Assembly (NCBI RefSeq): GCF_036321535.1
Contig: NC_087436.1
Coordinates: 93,622,001 to 93,686,000, forward strand
Length of the DNA stretch: 64,000 nt
Direction: 5' to 3'
Origin: Camelus dromedarius
Taxonomy: Eukaryota
Part shown: one piece after another, positions 46,703 to 59,838 of the stretch
Numbering within the stretch: the first letter of the stretch is position 1
How the letters are laid out: each line of letters opens with the position of its first letter
Position numbers and translations under genes: made by a program
The notes under the pieces: generated by a model
Seen by the model: only the letters and a program-made list of their open reading frames with translations
The model's database searches: none
What the model was told of the DNA's origin: nothing

Positions 46703-49700
46703 TTAACCTTTCAGAAATTCACTCTTTTCATTTACAAAACGCCATTGACAATACTCACGTTATGGGAGTGATAATTGCCACCTTTTTGTGAATGCCTACT
46801 GTGTGTTAGTCTCTATCCAAGCCTGAGGGAATTTAACCTTCACCATAGTCCTGCTGGGGAGATGCCACCCCTCCCTCCCTTCCTCCTTCCCTTCCTCTTT
46901 TCCTCCCTCTGGGGCTCAGAAAACTGTAAGAATCATGACTATAGTTACATAGCTAAGCAACCAGTAAGATCAGGAGTCACACCAAGGTTTGTCTCTTCAG
47001 AGTGCCTTCCCCTCCCCTCCCCTCCCGCCCTCCCCTCCCCTCCTTCCTGAAAATGTGACTGAAAGCCAGATGTGTGAACAGGGAACAGTAAGGGGAAAGG
47101 ATTCTGTTTCCGGAGCCCTAATAAGATTCTCAGGTTCATCTTTTGAACCTCTTCTTTGATGACTGACATAGTTTTAGCATTTTATATATGTTCTTTCATT
47201 TTCTTCTTTTCTTTCCCACTTGAACAGACAATCCACTGAAGATCTCTTTGAGGCCTGGATTTGCTCTTCCTGAAAAGCCCATGATTGTTATCTTTGTTGC
47301 CATTGGATTAGAAAGTCTGGCTGCATGATATCTAATCCGTGAATGCGGCGTCTGTGACAGCATCCCCTGGAGCAAACACACCCCCCTTTAGCTGAGGCTC
47401 TCGTGACACAGCAATCACTCTGAAGTGCAGTGTAGCAGAGACCAGGATGCAGGGGGAGGTTTTATAATGTCTGTGTGATGCATGCACATCTGTAAGTCAC
47501 TCTGAATTTTTTATTAGAGTAATTAGAGGATAAATAAACAAACAAGCACATTAGCAAACAAAGTAAATATGTAGCTAGTTTGAAAAACTGACATACTTGG
47601 AATGGCTTTGGGAAAAAAATGTACTTTCTAGTCGACTCAAGGGAAATTAAAAACTCTTGCATTTTATTGATTTCCACTAAGCTCATCTGCACATTGTTTT
47701 TATGAAAGCTAAGCAATGAAGGAAAAGCCATAATTTTTGGAAGCATAGATTTTAGATGCAGAGAGTTGGTTTTGCTTCCAGGAAATGAACCCTTTCTGCA
47801 GAGAAATGTCCACTTCTGGAAGGCATTTTTCATGTCCGTTCTTGTGTGCATCCATGAGTAGGCGAAGGGAGAAAGCATCTTGTTTGGGCTGAGTGTGGCC
47901 TTTTTTCTGCCTCAGAGCCCTGAAAAGTGTAGGAAGGGGCAAGGCATCGTGGGATAGCTGCCTCCTTTGAGAGTCCAAGCAGGTAATAATGATCACCTGC
48001 CTGTCAATCCCATGCATCAGTAACTGAAATAGAGGAGGAGGCTGCATTATCAACCTCCTCTCTTTTCTGCATTCCACCGAAAAACCACTTGTTTCTCACC
48101 CACTGTATAAACACTGAAAAATCCAGGAAGACTTAGGACAGCAGAAGAAAACTTTATTTATTTATTTGGCATTCACTGCAGTAATATTGTGTGTGTACCC
48201 TGGCCTGGCATTTGTAAACAAAAGGGTGGGTTTTTGGGAGGCATTAAGCTTTAATCATTTGCATTTAAGTAGAGTGGGTATCAAAATAAGGGCTTTCAGC
48301 ACAAGTGCAATGGGAATGACACACTTGGGTCAAGTCTGGTTCTGCAGCTCTTGGGATTGTGTGTGCAGCTATAATACGGCTTTGAAATTCTTGTCAAAAT
48401 TGGCTTTGAATCATCCTTGGGGCACATTCACTTAGTCATGGTGACCATTTGTTTCTCGCCCACTGTATGAACAATCTGTTCGCATCCATTATCTCATTCA
48501 GTTCACAAAATATTCCTGGATATGATTATTTCCATTTTTCAGACATGGAAACTGTGGTTTAGTGAGATTGACTTTTTCTGATGAATGCTAGTATTTGGAT
48601 GTAAAATCTCATTTTAATGTGAAGGAAGGCCGCAGAATCTTGGAATTTGAAGGTACTTTAGATTTTATGCACTCTAATTCCCTTCCGTTTCATCCTAGAG
48701 GGATGGTCAGTAAGCACATGCTTAGGATAAATCCACTAGGTTCTTGGAGAGATGCTCACAGAATCATTGTTGGTAAGGAGTTCTAGGGGCAGTCACGAAC
48801 ATGGGGATATATACCTACATGCCAGAGTTCTTCAGCTTTCTCCATTTTGTTATCCCCAGCCAGAAACACCATGGAAGATTTCATGCCCTAGTTATCAATT
48901 GTACACACAGGGATGAGGTTCAACCTTTCATTTTGAGACATGATGGCTATCTAATTTTAAATATATTTCCAAGAATGAGTCATTGGATTGGGATGTCAAA
49001 TCTAAAAAAAAAAGTCTTATGAAATATTAAATAGACCTTCTTCTCCCTTAGGGTACAAATCATTACCTAAAGAGAACAAAGAACATTAAAATAAATAGCT
49101 GGTTCAGTGTAATTTGTAATCAAGCCATCGGAGCTTCCTGCTGATTATTTTATAACTTTAGATTAAGAAATTTGCTGAACTGAAGGAGAAAACAACTTTT
49201 TACAATTATGTTGCCAAGTTCTGAAGTATGTTTTATGCCTGTCAAATTCCAAATCGGCCTTTTAAACTTTGACAGCAAATCAAATGTTTGTGTAATGAAA
49301 AGGATAATTTTTTTTATTCTTCTGACACATATACTTGATATATTATTGTTTAACATTAAGCTTTTCAAGTCAGTGTATTGGGAAGCTGTGGAAAAGAGTT
49401 AAAATTTTCACCTAATAATTCTCTCAGTAGTAGTCTCTTAACACTCATTTAATTTTACTCCTACACTGTGCAAAAAAAGTTTTCTTGGTCACTTTGGCTG
49501 ATGTGATTTTTGGCTTTGCTTTAAATTATTGATTATGGTTAAAAGGGGGAGGGACTTGCTGATGAGAACAGCACTCTCTTTAATAGCTTTTCACAGAAAT
49601 CAGTTTATACATTCCTGGCTTGCTCGTGTGAAGTATTGAAGGTTAAGAACCTTGGGAAGAATTGTGTGTTCTAAATTTGTCTTTATAATTTTTTGTCGTA

Positions 49701-51544
49701 TCCTCCCTTTTTTCCCCCTCCATGTTTATGCAGACAATTTGCAGTGAAGATCTTCCTTTTATGCTTGTAAGAGGGGTGTGTATATGAGAACTTTTGCTCT
49801 TTAAGTGGCTACTTAGTATCAATCACGGGTGATGGAGAAATACAGTAGATTCATGGTCCAAATGCCCTGTTTCTTGCTCTCGTGTCTTGAAGGGAGTAAG
49901 TCAGATCATGCATGAGTGTCTTTCAAGCTGGAAGCAGCGCAGTGGTGAATGCACCTTTCCTAGCTGCCTTGTTCCCAGCCCATCCAGACAAGGAGGCATT
50001 GATGCTCTTTGCATGTGGAGCTTCAACAATGTGATGCGCAGGCAAAGGTGCATGGAAGAGGTGATTTCATTCTTCCATACAAAATCTGATTCTGCTTGGG
50101 CTAATTCACTAAACTCTTATTGGCACACAAAACTGTTTGCTTTGCTTGGAATGAGGAGAATTTAGAGGCATGTGAAGGAGGATAGGAAATTACTGAGAAA
50201 TGTAGCTCAAAAACCTAAAGGATGCTGGTAGCAGATCAGCTGAGAGTGGGTTCCGCTCTCACAGTGAGAGGTTATAAGTAATTTCTTATTACCTACAGTG
50301 TTTCATTGGTTAAAGCTTGCTTCTGCAATGCTCTGGAACTTAATTTTTAGCCTACTGTTTTGTTAGGCTGGTGAGGGGATCATAAAGAGAAGAAATGGGC
50401 AATTTTGAATTGATGGAGTAACTTGAAAACAGTGGTCTCAAATTAAAGTTCTTGGCTTTCTGATAGTCCGAGTGGTGGGATTTGAAAATTGTGATCCATG
50501 AAACTTGAAGGTTTTCAAGGAGAATTAGAATCTGTTACAAAACTTCTTTTTTTCTCCCTCCTGTATCACTGATTTCTTCTCTGAGATAGCCTACTAAATC
50601 ATCCAAGTAGGAAAAGTCTGTACTCAGGATGATATGAATCAGCAAGTTCATCCCAGCCCAATGCTAATTTCGTGTAAGACAAAGTAACGTTTTACTACCG
50701 TGAAATATAAACTGGATCTGAAGGATTCTGAGTCTTACCAGTGATGCTTTTCTCACACAGTTTGATATACATCTACAAGTGCTCCTTTGTTCAACTTCCC
50801 AGAAATTACTGATATTCATCATTTTACCCAATTTCACTCTAACTCAAATTAATTTATCTTGGGGCATTATCTCTTTATTGTTGTAATACTTAAGAGATTT
50901 TGTGTGGTTAAACTGTTGCATATTGAAAAAATATTACTATAGTTTCAGAATATCGAGTAAATCTGTCTTTAATAGTGACTGAAATTGCTGTGATTTTTAT
51001 CTTCTCCTTTATTACAGTTTGTAGATTAGTCAATATATTGAATGTGAAGTTTAATATAACTAAAGCGGATTTTACAAGATAATGAAATCAATACGAACCT
51101 GAAAAGACCTGTCCTGGTCATAGGTTCTTCCCCATGGACATTGCTGACTGACAGGTGTATACGTAGGTCCTGCAGGCCTTTATGTTGCCTCCTGAAAAGT
51201 TCTGCTTATCTCCTAAGATGAAGCTCGCTGAAATAGACCTTAGTTAACTCAACAAAACATAGCTTACCAACTATGAGTTGTTTAATTATTGTTAAAAATA
51301 ATTAACTTAAGCAGATAGTTTGAAATTTCAATAGTTTATTGACTGCATAAATCAATGCATGTTCATTGAAGCCTAGGTTAGAAAACATAGATGGGCATAA
51401 GCTTGCAATTTAACGTCTCCTCTAACTCTGCTACCCACAGGTAAGGACTGTTACGTATTTTATGAATATCTTTTCAGATTTTGTTCTGTGGCACTCTGTC
51501 TTTTCATATGTTTATTTATCTAGTTTTTTCCTCCTTTTTAAAAA

Positions 51545-52240
51545 AGTTTAAGTATGATTGATTTACAATGTTGTGTCAGTTTCTGGTGTACAGCATAGTG
51601 ATTCAGTTATACATAATATATGTGTATATGTATCTTTCATTATGGGTTATTACAAGATATTGAATGTAGCTCCTTGTGCTATACAGTAGGACCTTGTTAT
51701 TTATCTATTTTATATATAGTAGTTTGTTATCTATTAATCCCAAATTCCTAATTTATCCCTCCCTGACCTCTTCTTTGGTAACCATAAGTTTGTTTTCATG
51801 TCTTCAAGTCCATTTCTGTTTTGTAAATAAGTTCAGTTGTGTTTTTTTTTTATATTCCACATATACATGATATCATGTGATATTTGTCTTTCTCTGTCTG
51901 ACTTACTTCACTTAATATGATAACCTCTAGGTCCATTCATATTGCTGCAAATGGCATTATTTCATTCTTTTTTATGGCTGAGTAGTATTTCATTGTGTGT
52001 GTGTGTGTGTGAATATAGATAGATATATATCTCGCAACTTCTTTATCCAATTATCTGTCAATGGACTTTTAGATTGCTTCCATGTCTTGGCTATTGTAAA
52101 TAGTGCTGCTGTGAACATTGGGATTGCATGCATCTTTTCAGATTAGAGTTTTCTCTGGATATATACCCAGGAGTGGGATTGCTGGATCATATGGTAACTT
52201 TGTTTTTAGTTTTTTAAGCAATCGCTATACTGCTTTCCAT
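51545..52240 (-). mobile_element. Artiodactyl L1 3' fragment
   Basis: aagtatgattgatttacaatgttgtgtcagtttctggtgtacagcatagtgattcagttatac...cccaggagtgggattgctggatcatatggtaact. Contains (TG)n near 51994. Confidence 0.9.
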
Positions 52241-52444
52241 TTTTCCTGTTTAATAAAAATGAAATTGCTGGATGTTTACTTGGCAACTTGCCCTTTTTAT
52301 TTATGTTACATTAAATATTAGATGCATTGATAACTTTTCATGTCAGCAAATATACTTTTACTATATGATTTTTAATGGCTGTCCAGTAATGCCAGAATTT
52401 AATTACTTTCATCATTGGATTTTTAGGTTGATCTTTTTCTACCA

Positions 52445-54320
52445 CTCATTCACTTGACAAATGTTAACTGACTTTCTAGCTTGAGTCAGCAGTAGAATAG
52501 ATCCAAAGCACTCATGGGTCCTGCCTCATGGAACTGATAGCTCCACAGAGGAGAATTAATTACTAGTCATGAAAAGTGCTATGAGGAGAAAGTTCTGGTA
52601 GCCCTGAGAGTGTAAAGCCAAGGGAAGGGATGACCTTGGGGTTCCAGGAGGGCCTCCCTGAGGAGGTGATGTTGACAGTAGGGTCTAAAGATTAGGAAAG
52701 AGTTACCTGTGTCCACAGGTGGAGGTAGGGATGAGTGGGCACAGAGGAGCATGAGCAACATCCCTGGGGCAGACGGAGGATGGCAAGCTTGAGTTGCTGC
52801 AAGGTGACCATCCGGTGTGGCTCCAACCTAGGGAACAAGGGGTCACTGGTGCCAGGTGAGGTTGGAGAGGTGGGCAGGGGCTATATTATTGAGTACTTTG
52901 GTCTCTATTAGCAAGACACTGGGAATCCAGGTGATATCAACCACATGAGGGTGACTTCAGATTTGTGTTTAGAGAAAATAAGTGACTGTGATGTGAAAGA
53001 TTAGCAGGAGTTCTTAACCTTTATTATAATATTAACCTCTTTGTCTGTCTGATGAAGCTCAGGGACATGTTATAAGAATAACGTTTTCAAATCTATAAAG
53101 TAAAACAAATGGGGTTTCAAAGGAGACCAATTGTATTGAAATACAGTTGTCAAAATATTAAACACACATATGTGAGGTAGTGGCATACGTGCTTCTTAAC
53201 ACATTAAATAGTAAGATTTAGTGGGGAGTCTAATAGCTCCCTACTAATGAAAGTAGTGATGACCGTTAACGCCGTATCTAACAACTGTCGTGTGATATCA
53301 AAGTACCTGATTCCTGTTGGTGGCAAAGTCTCAGCAGTATTTGGAGTATGGTATTTTCCTAATACTAAACTAATATGGTTTGTTGCTGACATTCATGATT
53401 GACTGAAATGCTGAATTTGAGTCTGAGATTAATGAACAGAAAGATGTAATACTTCCCCCATCCAAGCTCTTGGGCCACCTGAATTCTATCCATAGACTCC
53501 TTGGGAGTCCATGGACCCTGGGTAAGAACCTCTGGAAGGAAGACGAGAGTAAAAGCTGCAAGCCAATTAGGAGGCAGTTGCAGTATCTCAGGTGAGAGAT
53601 TGTTTTAGCTCGAAGAAGGTCACAGTCAAAATGGAAGAAGGGAAGGAGAGGGATGGAAAAGAGTTACAGTAACTATTCTAGGGTAAGACTTAGGGGTGCA
53701 AGGAAGAGGGATCTGTCTGGAGGAGCCCTAAGTATGTGGCTTCCATAACTGCATAACTGGGTGGTTGAGATAGGAGTGATGGAAGCCAGAGGACCAGGCC
53801 TTGACATGGTAAGTTTAAAGTATCCAAATGACCAAGCCTCCTGTGCAGCCGGTGTTGTCGGGAACTCGGGAAGGGTCTGCAGTGGGGGTGTAAGTGTGAG
53901 AGGGATGTTCCTAGACATAAGACTGGAGCCCTGGGCACTGAGGAGGTTGCCTAGAAATTGAACCAAGTATACAGCGAACCAGGAATCAGCCTTCAACACT
54001 GAAGGCCCACGTGGTGGGGCGCGAGGATATCGGGGAGGCTGAGAGGAGGGAGGGGCAGCAGATCAGCCAGCCGTGACAGGCGGGAAGGTGTGGTTTCCTG
54101 GAAGCCGTTTTAGAAAGAGTGTTGAAAGACCTAAAGAAGGGAAATGAAATGAGAATTGAAAAATATGTTTTGAATTTACCAGCAAGGGGTTATTAATGAC
54201 TAGGTGAGAGTAATTTTGGAGATGTGCTATGAGTGGAGTGCAGTTTGATGTAGCGATAAATGTGTGTGGGAGGTCAGAACTTGGAGAAAGCCAGGGTAGG
54301 TGATTCAGGTTCCAAAGGAT
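52445..54320 (-). mobile_element. L2 fragment(s) split by MER119
   Basis: cattcacttgacaaatgtt...gagggcctccctgaggaggtgatgttgac and aggaggcagttgcagtatctcaggtgagaga. Confidence 0.65.
53005..53534. mobile_element. MER119-type hAT-Charlie element
   Basis: TIRs caggagttcttaacc ... ggtaagaacctctg. Internal caaaggagaccaattgtattgaaatacagttgtcaaaatatta. Confidence 0.75.
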
Positions 54321-54411
54321 TCAGAGAGTTCCGAAGTCTAGGCTTGTACGTCAAAATTCCCTCTTATACCCATTCCCCATTCCACCTTCTCTCTTCCCCA
54401 GCGAGAAGCTG

Positions 54412-54500
54412 TGTGGGTGTGTATGTGTGTGTATGTGAGAGAGACAGACAGACAGACAGACAGAGAGAAACAGGGAGACAGAGAGAAACAGGGAGACAGA
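54412..54500. repeat. Compound microsatellite (GT)/(GA)/(CAGA) plus 2x gagagaaacagggagaca
   Basis: Read directly from sequence. Confidence 0.85.
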
Positions 54501-54629
54501 AGGGCTGGGGCGGGTGGGGGAGAGCTATCAATGTGGCTTATTGGCTTCATTTTATATAAATAGGATGGTCTGTAAGTGTTCTTCTCCCCCGCACACCCTC
54601 GGATACCTGACATGCATCAGGGCTACTGC

Positions 54630-54830
54630 TACTAACAGCTAACACTTTATGGTTCTTATTCTATGCCAGGCAGGGTTCTAAGCACTTTACTTATAAACCT
54701 CCATGAACCCTATAAGAAGACTACTATTATTATTTGCATTTTACATGATCAGGAAATTGAGTCCCAGAGAGGTTACAGAATTTCCCTAAGGTCATATAGC
54801 GAGAACCTTAAACAGGGAAACAGTGCTCCC
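54630..54830 (-). mobile_element. MIR SINE
   Basis: ctatgccaggcagggttctaagcactttac...attttacatgatcaggaaattgagtcccagagaggtta. Confidence 0.75.
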
Positions 54831-56484
54831 TGGACCACTGTTTGTCACAGCCTTGTTCATAGTAGTAAACCTTGTAAGAGGCTCTGTCAATTGAATGGTG
54901 GAGCTGGGACTAGAATACAGGAAGCCTAGTTCAGGATTCCAAGTGCGGTACAGAGACCTCCTCATTCTACTGCATCATCACCTCAAATTTAGGTACAGTC
55001 CATTTATTTTATTGTTTCTTATCGCCAGGCTTTAGGGACTTTTTTCTTATTTTCCTCATAACAAACTAGCCGTCTGTGAATGGCCTTATGCATCTCATGA
55101 ATATGTGCAAGTGTTTTTCTATAGGAGTTGTTCGGATAAAGAATTTTTGACAGATACCACTGCCAAGAAAGTTTGCTATTGTAAACAAAGCTGTGACAAA
55201 CAGTGGGTTCGTGAATCTGTTTCCTTGTGTATGGGTCTCAGTGAGAATATTAAATATAGTATTCCTCAAGAGGATATAGTCTTTTTTAAAAACCTATTAA
55301 AATGTATTTTATTATTAATTTCTTACACTCCCCATAATATGAATACTGCAGTATGTCAGCATCTTTACTGGAAGCTACTCTTCCTATCAAAAAAATAAAG
55401 AAACAGCAGCTGCACACTAAATTCTCAGCTTCCTCTGGGCTTATCTGCCTCTGCTAGCTGTCATTTCACCTCTTGAGGCCCTAGAGGACTGCACGGTACA
55501 GAACTCATCCCTCTTCAGTGAACTGAATGACAGGCTGGCCTGGACTGTTTCTGCAGAGCAAGGTGCCCTTGTGAGGGGGATGTCCGGGAATGCTACCTCC
55601 CTGATCCTCACCTGTTGCTCAGCCCTTGGCTTCCTTGGTTCATCTGGCCAGCAACCACATACCCTCTTTTAGAACCCTTAAGTCCATACTTTTTTACCTA
55701 GTCAACTTTTGTCCTCCATTTTCTCAGAAATTAGGTCCTTTAAGATCCCTGAAAGGAAGAAAGACAGTTGTGAACTCTCTCAAAGTTACCTGAACTTTTA
55801 TAAGACAGCACAAATGCTGAAGGTCTTGAATTGAGCCGACTTCCCAGGAGGTCGGCACCCTGTGGGTTCATGCTTGACCGAGGTCCTAGGATGACCGAGA
55901 AAGGCTGCTTGCGTGTCTGTGATTTACGCAGCCATGGGCTTTTCAGCCTCACCCTGCAATCCCTTGCCCTGGTCGTTGTGCACTGCTGCCTTCTTTTGCC
56001 TCCAAGGATCAAGACCAGGTTACAAATCTGTGGAACAGCCCACCCCCAGCATTTTAACCAGATGGTTGCTGAGCCAGGGTTTTCTTTGGGTCATTTCATT
56101 AACTGGGGCATTCACCAGCAGTGCTGCGAATAAGAATGCATTTTTTTCTTCTCTCACAAGAGACTTCATGATTCAGGGATCAAAAAAAAATCAGCGTAAA
56201 CAGGACTCTGGATTTAGGGATTTGGACTTGCAGTGACATTGTACTAAGTCAGCTTTAGCCGTTTTGTTTATTACTGAGACAAATAATACTTACCTACCTC
56301 CTGGAATGGTAGGGGAGAGAGTATCTGTGAAATGTTTGCTAGTCCCTGATGTTTTACACTTAAATTATAGAAATGTGTGTTTCATTCTTTTTTCCAGAAA
56401 CAGTACTCTTTGTAGCATCGGTGGGATGGTAGATTCCTGAAAGAATGTGTTCTACATCATCTTTGCTTTAGTATCAGCTCTTAG

Positions 56485-56712
56485 GGGAGAGCAAACAATG
56501 TAATGGTTAAGAGCAAGGGCTGGGGAACAGGACGGCCTGGGTTTGAATCCCAGCACCACCATGACTCTGTGACTTCAGGCAGGCTGCTTAGCCTCCCTGG
56601 GCCTCATTTTCCTGGTCCATGAAATGGGAAATTTTGCAAATTAAATGTACACAAAGTGCTTACAACAGTGTCTGGTTCATAAGTGCTCAATAATGTCAGC
56701 CACTGTTATTAT
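56485..56712 (+). mobile_element. MIR SINE
   Basis: tggttaagagcaagggctgg...ctgggtttgaatcccagcacc...aaagtgcttacaacagtgtctgg...taagtgctcaataatg. Confidence 0.8.
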
Positions 56713-57449
56713 AAATGTGGGTAATGTGTCTCCCTTGTCTGCTTCCATCCTGACCCTCCCTCAGCCCATGGAGTGGATCCGGCTAGGAAGGCGTGACATG
56801 GGGCAGTTCCAGCTCCCTCGAGAGAGCAAAGTGTACAAAGCCAGGTGTGTGTCAGGGATCTGTCACCTGTTTGCTGCTTGTATACTTGCTGCATTTAAGT
56901 GGGAGGACTTTTGGGACTTTATTTCATCTCTGGGGAAGTAGAGGACACCTGCAATGGTCTGTGTCCTGGTAGGAGTCCAGGCGGGAAGGAACTCTGCCCA
57001 TGTGGTTTTGCTCCCTCTTTGTATTTGTTTATGTGAGTTATTGAAGTTCATTCTGGGGGATGGGGAGAGTGGCTTTGCTTTTTTCTCCATTGAATTGATC
57101 CCTTGTGTGTATATTTAGATTTAATTATTAAAAATTAAGATTTATTTTTAAGCGATGGATAAGGAATCATCAATATGCATCGTTTTTGTGACCCTTCCTT
57201 TACTTCATGATCAAAGAAATACTCACATTTGAACACTTGCAGGGGAAGATATGGGGTGTTTTTAATTCACTGAATAGATGAATATGTCCTTATCTTAGGG
57301 GAGAAGGGGGGTTGCTATAATCAGAAAACTGATCAGTCTCATCTGAAGAGAAGGATGGCTAAAATGCAGTCTCAAACATGTTCCTGCTTAATTCTGGTTA
57401 TCAAGCAGGAGGTTTTTATTTAGTGAGAACAGTTACTGTAGATAGGTGG

Positions 57450-57828
57450 ATTTAGTTTGCTAGGGCTGCCGTAACAGAATACCACAGACTGGGTGGCTTA
57501 AACAGCAGAAATTAATTTTCTCACAGTTCTGCAGTCTGGGAGTCCAAGGTCAAGATGGCGGTAGGGTTGGTCTCCTCTGAGGCCTCTCTCCTTGGCTGTG
57601 AATAGCCACCGTCTTGCTTCCTTCTCACAGTCTTTTCCCCCTTACACGCATCTCTGGTGTCCCTCCTTTTCGTATAAGGACACCAGTCCTGTTGGACGAG
57701 GGCCCAACCTAATAACACCCTCATGTAACCCTAATTGCCTCTTGAAAGGCCCCACCTCCAAATGTAGTCACATTCTAAGGACCTGGGAGTTAGGATTTCA
57801 ACCTGATGTTGAAGTGATACCCTAACAA
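57450..57828 (-). mobile_element. MLT1A-type LTR
   Basis: ttagtttgctagggctgccgtaacagaataccacagactgggtggcttaaacagcagaaatt...aaggccccacctccaaatgtagtcacattct. Confidence 0.88.
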
Positions 57829-58484
57829 AGGGATACATTTTAGCCTGCAACAATAGCTGTTTGTTGGGAATTGAGTGAAACTGAGGGTTATTTTAAGGCA
57901 GATTCTACTTTGCTCTGCACATAAGAGAGGCACAGTCCCAAACAAGAGCATGTCTGCTTCAGTGGAAGAGCTACGGGGCTGCACCTGGAGAGAGCAGGGA
58001 CAGCCTGCGCGTGTCATCACGGGACCCTCGCTGTCTACAGGGAGCAGAGACCGCGCCTGCAACCAGAATGGACAGTCGTTGTGTGAAGCTGGTCAGTGGT
58101 TGTGAACTGATGTTCAATGAAGAACCTTCCTCGCAAGCCGTAGCAGTGACATCTCAGTGCACTGTCAAGTCTCGCACAAGCCATAAAATGCTAGCTAATC
58201 ACGGAGCTTGGTGAAATGGAATTTTCTTTTCCCCTATGTGTTTACATATTTCTGTCACTACAAAGTCATTTTATCTTCAATGCTTAATTATCTCTACTAA
58301 TGAGGGAGAATGTTAGTGTGGAAAATGCAGACACTTTCGCTTTTCCAGCTTCCTGATCTGTGTTAGTAAATTTTACATTCTCAATTCTACTTCTAGCTCT
58401 CTTTCTTGCTAACCATGTCTCTATAAACAAGTTGCTTAGCCTCATGCTCCTCATCCATTGAAAGGATGGGGTTAGCCAAGTTAG

Positions 58485-58645
58485 ACTGTTGGTTTGCAAA
58501 GTTAGTGTGCAAAAGACTCCATGTGTTAAAGTGCACATACCCTGGGCTCCTCTTCACAGAGATTCCAGTTCAGTAGGGTCTTAAGTGGGGCCCAGCAATC
58601 TCCACTGTTGGCAGGTATCCCAGCGTGAATCTGACACAGGGGGTC
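58485..58645. mobile_element. MER5-type hAT MITE
   Basis: ctgggctcctcttcacagagattccagttcagtagggtcttaagtggggcccagcaatctccac. Confidence 0.6.
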
Positions 58646-59254
58646 CTCCCATCCCACTTCAAGAACCTGAGATTTCTCCTAGTCATGAGAAGAGACTGGG
58701 AGCTGAAAGAGACGTGAGAAAAAGCCTGAGCTTGGGAAATAGTAAGTTTTGGATACTTCTTACTGCTTTTTTTGGACCTTATCCCCAAAGCTACACAGTT
58801 TAAATTTTATTATATGCCCATATGCAGCTATCAAGCTATGAGACCATAAACACTGTCTGCTGTTTGCATAAAATGGAGAAAGGATCTAAATTTAGGGCTG
58901 TAATTTTTGTTTTTGATAGTGTCCCAAACTTTCCCCTCTGTGGTATTGCATATCTTTAAGCTAAAAGGTCAAACCTCTATTGAACACTCATTGGTTCTAT
59001 TCTGACCCTTCATGGACCATATGTGGACATTCTTTCTCTTATCTCATGCCCACAATAGAATGGCCACCACTCTCTCAGGCCAGGGTTGGAGAAGAGTAAA
59101 TGAATCCAAAATGGATGCAGAAGAAAAAATCATGAAGAGGCAGAGAGTGCTTGCCAGGTCACTGTGGGCTGGAGAAGACTGAGAAAGGTCCAGCTGGTGG
59201 GAAGATGGAGGAACAACACCTTGTTTTGTTTCCCAAAAATCTAGGTTTCCTTTG

Positions 59255-59838
59255 TCAGTTTTCTTTGCTGAATAACAAATGCCCACAAACATCCATAGTT
59301 TCTGTGCACCTGGATTATGAGTACAAGTTAGCTGGGTCCTCTGCTAAGAGCCTCACAGGCTGAAGTCAAGGTATCAGCCAGGGCTGTAGTCTTATCTGAG
59401 GCTCAAGGTCCTCTTCCAAGCTCACTGTTGTTGGCAGAGTTCATTTCCTTGTAGTTGTGTGACCAACATCCTTATTTGCCTGCTAGCTCTTGGCCAGGAT
59501 CACCCTCAGCTCTAGAGGCTGTCCTTGCCATATAGTCCTCTCCTTTTACACATGGCGGCTCACTTCTTCAAGGCCAGTCTGCTGCTGCTTACCTTTTTAA
59601 GGGCTCACCTAGTTAGGCAGGACTCATCTAGGATCATCTCCCTTTCAAATAGCTCGAAGTTAACTGATGAGGGATCTTAATAAAATCTGCAAAATTCTTC
59701 ACCGTGCAAGGTAATGTAATCACAGAGGTGATAAGCCATCCTATTCCTAGGCTTGTCCACTCTCAGGAGAGGACTGTTCAGAGCATGCATATCAGGAGGC
59801 AGGAACCTTGGAACTGTCTTAGAATTCTGCCTACCACA
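59255..59838 (-). mobile_element. MLT1 (D/E-type) LTR
   Basis: ttagctgggtcctctgct...caggctgaagtcaaggtatcagccagggctg...tcttagaattctgcctaccaca. Confidence 0.8.
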
